NCBI GenBank assembly: GCA_951406725.2
Contig: OX597840.1
Span: 32,612,001-32,676,000, forward strand
Length of the DNA: 64,000 bases
Source: Octopus vulgaris
Taxonomy: Eukaryota
Direction: 5' to 3'
Part shown: positions 1 through 10,900 of the stretch, in pieces
How positions within the stretch are numbered: the stretch's first letter is position 1
Layout of the letters: each line of letters opens with the position of its first letter
Position numbers and translations under genes: made by a program
The notes under the pieces: generated by a model
What the model was told of the DNA's origin: nothing
Databases searched by the model: none
The model's input: only the letters and a program-made list of their open reading frames with translations

Positions 1-416
1 ACTACACTCGCGGAGTGGTTGGCGTTAGGAAGGGCATCCAGCCGTAGAAACACTTCCAGATCAGACTGGGCCTGATGCAGCCTTCTGGCTTCACAGACCC
101 CAGTTGAACCATCCAACCCATGACAGCATGGAAAACGGACGCTAAATGATGATGATGATGATATATACATATAAAGTTAATCCAAACATGAAAACACCAA
201 GAGAAAACACAACAACGCGAGTATTATTGGACGCTTAAGAAGGAAGGGAAGAAGGAGGGTTTTACATTTTGAGTGGAGCTCTTCGTCAAAAACATAGGAA
301 AAGGAAAGATCCAGAGAAGGGAAGACTGAGGAAAAATATCGCCAACGGTACACACGTGGTCACATTTTGAATGGATATATATATACATACATACATATAT
401 ATATATATTTTTTTTT

Positions 417-800
417 TACTTGTTTCAGTCATTTGACTGCGGCCATGCTGGAGCACCGCCTTTAATCGAGCAGATCGACCCCGGGACTTATTCTTTGTAA
501 GCCCAGTACTTATTCTATCGGTCTCTTTTTGCCGAACCGCTAAGTGACGGGGACATAAACACACCAGCATCGGTTGTCAAGCAATGCTAGGGGGACAAAC
601 ACAGACACACAAACACATACATATATATACATATATACAACAGGCTTCTTTCAGTTTCCGTCTACCAAATCCACTCACAAGGCATTGGTCGGCCCGGGGC
701 TATAGCAGAAGACACTTGCCCAAGGTGCCACGCAGTGGGACTGAACCCGGAACCATGTGGTTGGTTAGCAAGCTACTTACCACACAGCCACTCCTGCGCC
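417..800 (-). mobile_element. tRNA-derived SINE family A (octopus-type), full-length representative
   Basis: Head GCAGGAGTGGCTGTGTGGTAAG...GGTTCAGTCCC (A/B boxes), internal (TA/TG)n, tail GACTGAAACAAGTAAAAGAG. About 20 copies, e.g. ~2101-2485(+), 7215-7570(-), 9390-9790(-), 11720-12130(+), 30610-31025(-), 31420-31790(+), 37830-38290(+), 39087-39450(+), 43606-44417(-), 56590-57415(-). Confidence 0.85.
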
Positions 801-912
801 ACTCCTGTATATATATATATACACACAATTGCAGCGTGGAAAATGTTTATAAGCAGAAGTAGATAAAAAATAAATGGAGAAAGTAAAGAAAATTTGTGAG
901 TGGCCCCATTAC

Positions 913-1055
913 TTTGATTCAGCACATTTAGCAAGCTTCATTCTGGACAGTTCACAATCGATGTGCCAAGTTTCTGGATAATTCTCTACACACGTAGAAT
1001 ACAACTGGATGTATTTCCCACACTGCTGTAACACAACTTGCATTGCAGAATCCAT
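913..1055 (-). CDS. CHCHD5: CHCHD5 (twin CX9C mitochondrial IMS protein), first coding exon; gene continues left of window
   Basis: MDSAMQVVLQQCGKYIQLYSTCVENYPETWHIDCELSRMKLAKCAES has two CX9C motifs and resembles, from recall, human CHCHD5 (MQAALEVTARYCGRELEQYGQCVAAKPESWQRDCHYLKMSIAQCTSS). Acceptor is a polyT tract + ccag (exon starts 1066); donor gtaatg follows 913 (phase 2). Confidence 0.88.
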
Positions 1056-2595
1056 GATTGGTCTACCTGGGAAAAAAAAACAAAAACAAATAACGACTAC
1101 AGGTGTGCATAAGCGTGTAGGCATGCATGCGCATATATATATATATATTAAAATTATAAATTAGGGTATCTACAAGATACCACCACGCTGAAAATAGCAG
1201 CCATGATCCGACTCTAAAACCACCTTAACCTTTTCGTTACTGTATTTATTTTGAGATGCTCTGTGTTTCTTTCAATTACTTTAAATATAACAAAGGATTT
1301 AGTAAAATAACTTTGTTATCATTAAGCTAGTGTTAGGAACATAAATTGTGACTAAGGTTTGGTGGAAGATTTTAATTCAGAACTTTTGAAAACAAGACAT
1401 TTGTACTACAGAGCCAGAGGCAGTTTCAGGTGGGTTGGTAACGAAAGGGTTAAGAATTGTTTCTCTATTATATATTTTAACCCTTTCATTACTGCATTTA
1501 TTTTGAGATGCTCTGTGTTTCTTTCAATTACTTTAAATATAACAAAGGATTTAGTAAAATAACTTTGTTATCATTAAGCTAGTGTTAGGAACATAAATTG
1601 TGACTAAGGTTTGTGGGAAGATTTTAATTCAGAACTTTTGAAAACAAGACATTTATACTGAGAGCCAGAGCCAGTTTCAGCCGGGTTGGTAACGAAAGGG
1701 TTAAGTGTTCATATAGCAACATGGAGAGAAGACAGAGAGACAAGATGAAACTAGTAAAAATTTACTGGATAATTCTAGATCCCGGATTTCTGACTTTGCA
1801 TTTAGGAATGCTTTGCCTCATCAGTGGAATACACACAGAAAGAAACATAAATACAATATACAAATACTTACATACATGAACATATACACACATATATATG
1901 TATTAAGCGGGCATTTTGAACTAGCCTTGATGCATACGTGCATATATATGTATGTATACATCCGTATTTGTAAGTATTCGTATACTCTTTTTACTCTTTT
2001 ACTGTGTCTGTGTGTCACTCACTGCCACTGTTTGGCAACGGTTATTGCTTTGTTTACAGCACCATAACTTAGCAACTTGGCCAAAAAAACAAAAAAAAAG
2101 AGTGGATGTGTGGTAAGTAGCTTGCGTGCCAACCACATGGTTCTGGGTTCAGTCCCACTGCATGGCACCTTGGGCAAGTGTCTTCTACTATAGCCTCGGG
2201 CCGACCAAAGCCTTGTGAGTGGATTTGGTAGACGGAAACTGAAAGAAGCCCGTCGGATATATGTATATCTATATATATGTGTGTATATGTTTGTCCCCCA
2301 ACATCGCTTGACAACCGACGATGATGTGTTTACGTCCCCGTAACTTAGCGGTTCGGCAAAAGAGACCGATAGAATAATTACTAGACATACAAAACATAAG
2401 TCCTGGGGTCGATTTGCTCGACTAAAGGCGGTGCTCCAGCATGGCCACAGTCAAATGACTGAAACAAGTAAAAGAGTAAAAGAGAATATGGACCCAATAA
2501 ATAAATAAAAGTCGGTAACCCTTCAGTTGTTCTTCCCCTTTAATCTTTATTTACTTTTTTAACCACCACATACAGAAGAATTACCAAAATGTTCC

Positions 2596-3102
2596 ATGTC
2601 GATTTGTTCCAGCAAGACTTTTGTTAGCCGCTCTCCAGCCATCTATTTAAAACTGTATACAGCTATGGTACGACCACACTTGGAATTCGCATCATCAGTT
2701 TGGAACCCCTATCTTGCTCAGAACATTGACCTCCTGGAATCTGTCCAGAGACGTGCAACCAAACGCATACCCTCCATCAGACACCTACCATACTCTGAGC
2801 GCCTTGTTTCCCTGGGCATAGATTCACTGAAGCTCCGGCGTCTGGCGACGGACTTGGTATACACCCACAAAGTTATCAACCACCTCACCAACAACAACAC
2901 TGAACACCTTTTTGATCTCCATGTGTCCAACACACGTGGACATGCCTACAAAGTCAGAAAACAACACAGCTCCTTCCATGACTTTCGGAAACATTTTTTC
3001 ACGCTCAGAGTTGCTGAAGCATGGAATAAACTGCATGCGTCAGTTGTTGACTGCCATGACACTGCATCCTTTAAGGCCCTCATGCTTTCCGAAATCCGCT
3101 GA
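2596..3102 (+). mobile_element. CR1-clade LINE ORF2 3' fragment
   Basis: LYTAMVRPHLEFASSVWNPY...LESVQRRATKRIP...TRGHAYK...FFTLRVAEAWNKL; an inverted 3'-end copy follows at ~3125-3390, and a decayed relative lies at ~13150-13510. Confidence 0.85.
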
Positions 3103-3787
3103 AACTACACCTGATAATATAATATATAATGAAATTATTGTATACAGTGCTCAGGTGCACCACAACTTGTCAGAAAGTGCATATAAAGTACATGCAGTAA
3201 TGTAGAAATGTCTGGGAAGCGAACAATGTATGAGTCAGATACATGCTTGTGTGTGTATGGAGGGGAGAAAATCAAGTGTAGTGTTGGCGAATCTCAGGAA
3301 GCTGGAAGTTTTGAAGGATGCAGTGCTCCGACAACTAACAACTGATGCCGGCAGTTTGTTCCACGTTTCAGCAACTCTCAGCGTGAAAAAATATAGACTT
3401 TAGATGAGTTGTAGTGCACCTGAGCACTGTACACAATTATTATTATTATTATTATTATCAAAGCCCTTCAAGGTGATGCTGTAGCATGGCAGTAGTCCAA
3501 TGATCGAAGCAAAATTAAAGAGACACGGATATATATACATACGAATTATTTCTTTATTGCCCATAAGGGGCTAAATATAGAGAGGACAAAAGGATTAAGT
3601 CGATTACATCGACACCAGTGCATAACTGGTACTTAATTTATCGACCCCCAAAAGGATGAAAGGCAAAGTCGACCTCGGCGGAATTTGAACTCAGAACGGA
3701 ACGGCAGACAAAATACCGCTAAGCATTTCGCCTGGCGTGCTAACGGTTCTGCCAGCTCACCACCTTTTATTTATATATTTATATTTA

Positions 3788-3828
<41 letters not shown>

Positions 3829-4093
3829 TCAACAACAATTGAGGAATGGCCTTAATAGGCCATTCGACCCACTAGAAAGAGCAGCCAGGACTCAAACCGC
3901 CAAGTAGTAGTAATTCAGAAATTAAAAGAAAATTTTAAAACATTTACCCTAATTCATCTTTAGACAATGCATTGATTCGGTGTTTTTAATGGCAAACCAG
4001 CTTAATTAAATTAAATTAAACTAAGTCAATCCACTAAAGGCTACACCTCATCAGCGAATTTTTTGCTACCCTATATTGATTAATATATATATA

Positions 4094-4124
<31 letters not shown>

Positions 4125-4158
4125 ACCCATGCGAGCATGGAAAACGGACATTAAATGA

Positions 4159-4192
<34 letters not shown>

Positions 4193-4229
4193 GAATGTGA
4201 GGTCTGTGTGCATTATTGTTACAGTAAAG

Positions 4230-4459
4230 ACGGCAAACTGGCAGAACTGTTAACCCGCGGTACAAAATGCTTGGCTGCATTTCATCCGTCTTTACATTCA
4301 GAGTTCAAATTCCGCCGAGGTCAACTCTGCCTTTCATCCTTTCGGGGTTGATTAAATAAGTACCAGTTACGCACTGGGGTCGATATAATCGACTTAATCC
4401 CTTTGTCTGTCCTTGTTTGTCCCATCTGTGCTCAGCCCCTTGTGGGTAGTAAAGAAATA
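4230..4459 (+). mobile_element. tRNA-derived SINE family B representative
   Basis: CTGGCAGAA...GAGTTCAAATTCCGCCGAGGTC...GCCCCTTGTGGG..TAAAGAAATA. Other copies at ~3548-3765(-), 12614-12830(+), 41657-41800(-), 48564-48790(+), 58003-58585(-, triplicated). Confidence 0.8.
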
Positions 4460-4837
4460 GGTTCTACTTAAGAAGAGTGGTCCTGGTGCGCGCACACGCG
4501 CATCCGCACTAGCTAATCGTGATTAGGCGATCCTTACTTTGTGTTTTTGTGTTTTATTTACCTTACTCTTTTTACTCTTTTACTTGTTTCAGTCATTTGA
4601 CTGCGGCCATGCTGGAGCACCGCCTTTAGTCGAGCAACTCGACCCCGGGACTTATTCTTTTTGTAAGCCCAGTACTTATACTATCGGTCTCTTTTTGCCG
4701 AACCGCTAAGTGATGGGGACATAAACACACCAGCATTGGTTGTCAAGCAATGCTAGGGGGATAAACACAGACACACAAACACACACACATACATATATAT
4801 ATACATATACACGACAGGCTATATATTCATTTTTGGG

Positions 4838-5060
4838 GGTACTATTTAAGAAGAGTGGCCCCGGTGCGCGCACTCGCGTAGTCGCGCAAGCTAGTCGTGA
4901 CTAGTCGATCCTACGACTACCTAGCAAAGTAAATAAAACACAAAATAAATAATTTTTTTACACAAAGTAAATAAAATGCAAAAACACAAAGTAAGGATCG
5001 ACTAGTCATGACTAGCTTACGCGAGTGCGCGCACCAGGACCACTCTTGTTAAGTAGTACC
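4838..5060. mobile_element. MITE with ~70-bp TIRs (GGTACTA...)
   Basis: Second full copy at 5269-5478; half copies at 4460-4562 and 6440-6542. Confidence 0.8.
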
Positions 5061-6549
5061 AATACGGTTTACAAAAAAATCGTCCCTCAAATACAAATTA
5101 GTGTCCATCCAGAATATTCTGAAACATCCCGAGACATCAAAATCTGCTTGCAATGCCGGTTTCGAATCTACGAAACTACGCCAAATCTACATTAAAGTCG
5201 ATATTATTATTCAACACGTTCTGAGTTCAAATTCCACCGAGGACGACTTTGTTTTTCATCCTTTCGGGGGTACTAGTTAAAAAGAGCGGTCCCGGTGCGC
5301 GCATCCGCACTAGCTAGTCGTGACTAGTCGATCCTACAACGACCACCTAGCAAAGTAAATAAAACACAAAGTAAATAAAATGCAAAAAACAAAAAGGATC
5401 GACTAGTCACGACTAGCTAGCGCGGATGCACGAGTACGCGAGTGCGCGCACCGGGACCACTCCCTCTTAAGTAGTACCAGCTCATATATTTTTACCAACA
5501 TTTTCTTTCTTTTTTTTTTTTTCATCATACATAAAAACATTTCTAAAGCCAAGATTATCTTCGAAGGTGGTGGCCACTGAAGAATTAATATTCCAAAAAT
5601 ATAATTTCCCCCCACCTCATCTGAACCGCTCCACTACACGATTGTTACCCTAATTATGGGCCTAATTGCAGGTCGTGACGAAAGAATGCCAATTAGTGTA
5701 TAAGAATATGCGTAGGGAATGAATAAAATGCCCCCAAAAAGCACTCACCCTTGTTACGAAGAAGCTTAATGGAAATGACTTTGGTTCAAGCGTGAGGTTT
5801 TCTGTCAGCGAACGCCATGATGACGGTGAATCGTTGAAATGTTTCCCTTGTTGAAATATGTTCCGGAGATACTGGAAGGAGGAAGATAAGGGAGATAACA
5901 AGGTTTTAATTAAAATCCCATTAAAACAAAGAATTTGAATCATAGAACCAAAGACAGGTTCAGGTAAGTTGGTCTCCAAAAAGGTTAAATAAATATAGAA
6001 AAATTATTTAGGCAATCTTTCGTCTCTAGTAGACCTTTCCGTCGATTTCCGTAAAAAAATTTTTTTTTTTACATATGGGCTTGCGGGAACTTTTGAAGTA
6101 ATGAGAGCGAAAGAGACTAAGAGAAAGCGATTGTATGACGAGGGAAGTTCTTTTGAAGTTACCGTGCATGTGAAGCATTGATGTACATGTGTGTGTGTGT
6201 GTGTGTTTGATGGGGTGTGGGAGACAGACAGTATGTTGTGTAAGTGAAGTGCTTCTGTTAGTGTGTGTGAAGAGACAGAGTAATGTGTGAAAGAAAGAGA
6301 TAACTGAAATTTTTTACTCGGTGTATGTGTATATGTATGTATATTACTTCAAAAGTTCCCGCAAGCCCATATGTAAAAAAAAAAATTTTTTTTACGGAAA
6401 TCGACGGAAAGGTCTATTAGAGACGAAAGATCGCCAATGAAATACAAAAACACAAGGTAAGGATCAAATAGTCACGACTAGCTAGGGCGGATGCACGAGT
6501 ACGCGAGTGCGCGCACCGGGACCACTCTTCATAAGTAGTACCCTAGTTT

Positions 6550-6771
6550 GGATCTTTTCCTTTTGAACGGCAGTTTGTAACATAATTTCTAGGTAACTAA
6601 AAAGTTTTAAACTTCGTATACTGGTAGAATTACGTTAAACAAACAAATTACAATTTTCTCAAGAAAGCCAAGAGAAAAAAATGTTTTCTTTAGACACATT
6701 CTACCAGTATACGAAGTTTTAAAGTGTTTGGTTAACTAGAAATTGTCTGCCGTTCAAAAGGGAAAAGATCC
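6550..6771. mobile_element. MITE with ~80-bp TIRs and 9-bp TSD (Mutator/Merlin-like)
   Basis: CCCTAGTTT|GGATCTTTTCC...GGAAAAGATCC|CCCTGGTTT (1 mismatch); a related TIR ends at ~59419. Confidence 0.8.
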
Positions 6772-6892
6772 CCCTGGTTTTATTTTAATTGACGCCGCTA
6801 TAGGTAAAGGTTGCATGGGGCGGCGTTAAAACGTGTGTGCCAGAATGTATGTGCGTGCGTGCGTCTGTGCAGAATAGCGTGTACTGTGGCAT

Positions 6893-6923
<31 letters not shown>

Positions 6924-7006
6924 CACATTGGTCTTTGCGAAGCACCATGGTGACAATGTACAGCGCCACTCAGCGGACACTAATCCGTTACGTTGTTGTT
7001 GTTAGT

Positions 7007-7020
7007 GTTACCATGGAAAC
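7007..7020. promoter_or_regulatory. RFX X-box (GTTACCATGGAAAC), probable ZBBX promoter
   Basis: Matches the GTTNCCATGGNAAC consensus in one of the few unique, CpG-containing stretches. A weaker X-box-like GCACCATGGTGAC lies at ~6942-6954. RFX control is typical of ciliary genes. Confidence 0.7.
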
Positions 7021-7081
7021 CGGCCGAGACTGATATATGTTACATACAGACAGAAGAGCTAATATTTTGCATCAAAAACCG
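7021..7081 (+). other. ZBBX: Candidate non-coding first exon of ZBBX (start approximate)
   Basis: Directly downstream of the X-box and ending at donor CCG|gtatgt. The next exon (16637) begins 2 nt before the ATG, so an upstream UTR exon is required. Confidence 0.45.
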
Positions 7082-7842
7082 GTATGTATATATTTATATA
7101 TATATATTGGAAGGTTTGGAGATGATGTACAGGTATTATATATTAGAAGAAATGAGGTAATCAGAAATCTGGATGGTTTTATATTTACAGATATTTATTT
7201 GTATACTCTCTTTTCTCTTTTCTCTCTTTTACTTGTTTCAGTCATTTGACTGCGGCCATGCTGCAGCACCGCCTTTAGTCGAGCAAATCGACCCCGGGAC
7301 TTATTCTTTTGTAAGCCCACTACTTATTCTATCGGTCTCTTTTTTGCCGAACCGCTAAGTGACGGGGACGTAAACACACCAGCATCGGTTGTCAAGCAAT
7401 GCTAAGGGAACAAACACAGACACACAAACAAACACACATACATATATATATACGACAGGCTTCTTTCAGTTTCCGCCTACCAAATCCACTCACAAGGCTT
7501 TGGTCGGCCCGGGGCTATAGCAGAAGACACTTGCCCAAGATGCCACGCAGTGGGACTGAACCCGGAACCAAGTGCTCCCTCTCTCACTTTCTCCTCATCC
7601 ATCACCCTCTTGTACTGTCTTATATTCCTCCCCACCGCTACAAACTCAATACCACTATAAAATGGTCAAAACTCCTCACACAGGAACTTAGTTTGATTTG
7701 AAAGCCCCACTAGAATGGGAGAAAGCGCTAATACATGATCTAAGTTATATGATATATATAAAAAAAAGTAATATACAAATAAATATCTGTAAATATAAAA
7801 CCATCCAAATTTCTGAGTACCTCATTTCTTCTAATATATATA

Positions 7843-7906
<64 letters not shown>

Positions 7907-10900
7907 AATTATATATTGTATACATTATATCGTTTTATATATATACATATATGTATTTGTGTTCGGACGTCTCTGAATCTTCAGAGAACACTTTGTTGTT
8001 GCTGGTGTGGTTGTTGTTTGTGATGGTAGTGATGATGATGTCGATTATTGTTTACCAATTTCAAGCCATCTCTGTCCGTTGGATTTATGATGATTATTCT
8101 GTTTTGGTTATAATTATTCTGTTTCGATTTTAGCTAAGGTCTTGATGTCATCTGCCGCCGTCGCCTGGCACGCAGCGGCAACAGAGAAAACTACGTTTCG
8201 TTCATATGTGTGTGTGTGTGTACTAGTTATAAATATTCAAATCATATCACACATATCTTACACACAGACACATACATACACGTACACATATTTTATTATA
8301 TTATGAAAAACGATAAACGTCACCCTTTTCATGGGCCCAGTTTCCCGGTTTCTGTGACTGCGAAGACCCAACAAATAATGTGAGTTCATGGCTGCTTTCT
8401 GCACCAGTTTCACATAGCAACCCCAGCCCAGCCAAAGTACCTTGGATCGCAGAACGGCCTGCTGTGCTTACCTTGGATCGTAGGGTGACCTGCTGTGCTT
8501 GAGGAGACCTGCTGAGTCAAGTACATCAACATCAAAATAAAAATCAAATGGAAATAGCAGTTGTGATCCCTGTGCCGGTGGCACATAAAAAGCACCCACT
8601 ACACTCACGGAGTGGTTGGCGTTAGGAAGGGCATCCAGCTGTAGAAACACTGCCAGATCAGACTGGAGCCTGGTGCAGCCTCCTGGCTTCCCAGTCCTCA
8701 GTCAAACCGTCCAACCCATGCTAGCATGAAAAACGGACGTTAAACAATGATGATGATGCTCATTGCTCTTGTGCATTTTCCACTTACAAATACCACTTTC
8801 TCCATTAGATTTCCTGTGACTCCAATGCGCTTCTTGTGTACCATAGCTTGCACTTGGTACATCATATGGAATTCCTGCCCACACCTTTCCCTAATTCCCA
8901 GCAGAATCATTTACCTGAAGAGAATAGAACCCTGTCTGTTTTCCTACTTAGTAGAACTTTAAGGGCTTTGGTTCCAGGTTTTGCTTCCACACTTAGCTTC
9001 TTCGGAGACCACTATGTAACAGCAGAAATCGATTTATAATCAATATTATGATTTGTGGTTTTGTACCAATTGTAACAGTAGAGATTGATTTGTAAACAAT
9101 ATTGATGAAATGTTGTGGTCAGCAGATGCAACGATCAAAAGCTCTTGTTATAATTGTTTACTGTTGGATGTGTAAGATAGACAATGCATAAAGTTTTAAG
9201 AAAGTATTTATTTACCGTTACGTTACAATACCTTGCCTCGATGAGCAGGTTATGATAAATCCAAAAGCATGCGAAGTAAAGTTTGTGTTTGTGTCCTCGT
9301 CATTGTTTAGTAGTAATTAGAGAGAGAGAAATAGAATGATGTTGTAAGAGAACAGATTTAGAGCTAGTGAGAGTTGTAGGATGTTGTCTTACTCTCTTTT
9401 ACGTGTTTCAGTCATTTGACTGTGGCCATGCTGGAGCACCGCCTTTAGTCGAGCAACTCAACCCCGGAACTTATTCTTTGTAAGCCCAGTACTTATTCTA
9501 TCGGTTCTTTTGCCGAACCGCTAAGTGATGGAGACATAAACACACCAGCATCGGTTGTCAAGCAATGCTAGGGGGACAAACACGGACACACAAACATACA
9601 CGCACACATACATATATATACATATATACGACGGCGTCTTTCAGTTTCCATCTACCAAATCCACTCACAAGGCTTTGGTTGGCCTGAGGCTATAGTAAAA
9701 GACACTTACCCAAGGTGCCATGCAGTGGGACTGAACCCGGAATCATGTGGTTGGTAAGCAAGCTACTGACCACACAGCCACTCCTACACCTACAGTTGCT
9801 TTCTCTCTCTGACCAAGGTTCTAGCTGGTCAGCCAGACATTGTTGCATCATCACCGACTGTGACTAACTCCATTGAGTCATCACCGACTGTGATGAACTG
9901 ATTTTTGCTTGGGATGTGCTTGCTTTTATAACTATCCGAAAGGATAGGTATATAGCATTGAGGACAATAGATTTAGTTGGTGGTCTTGTTATCTCTATTC
10001 TAGCTTTTGGTGAAGTAGAAGAGGTTAGAAAGGGTCAAGTGTTGAAGACATTATTTCGGCCTAGCTAAAGGCATCTGGAAGATGTAAAACTGCTGTCAGG
10101 GAAAAACCATTGTTCCACCATGGGAACAGTTCTGTTGCAGCGTTAATTTAAATTGGAATTTAGCTATGGTGGATCAAATCCACATCATGCACACAAGATT
10201 CACTACAACTGTATCTGAGAACAAGGGATTCTGTTGAAGGCTTTCTCTAGGTCAATGAATGCCAAATACATTGACTTATTCTTAGTTAAATACTTCTGAC
10301 AAAGAAAACGGTGTCACTAATACTTCTTGCTGCATCTCATCTAGTTTTGATTCTATCCCTAATAAATTGGGCTATGACCCTTACTGTTAGTGTCATGACC
10401 TGGTCCAGCAATTTGATATCTCTGGTGCCACATAAAAAGCACTGGTGATGGTGCCATCTAAAAAGCCAAATCCAGATAGTTCACTGCAGGGAAGGTTCAC
10501 CGTAAGGAATGTTCAGTGTGAAGAAAGTTCACCACAAGGAATGTTCACTGCAGGGAAAGTTCACCATAAGGAATGTTCAGTGCGAAGAAAGTTCACCACA
10601 AGGAATGTTTATGGAGAGAAAAGTTCACAGTAAAAGAATAAAGAAAAACTTTCTTCACTGCAAATTGATGGCAGTAAACACTCCTACGAGTAAAGAGGCT
10701 GGTACTAGAAAGGGCACCCTGCTGTAGAGCAAGGCAAAAATGGACTACGGAACCCGGTGTGTGGCCACTGGCTTTGCTAGCTCCTGTGAAGCCGTTCCAC
10801 CCATGCCAGCATGGAAAACGGATGTTAAATGATGAAGATGATGATGTAATTGTTTCTATCTAAAACAGCTCTTTTAGTCTTGTAACGGCTGATTAAAATG

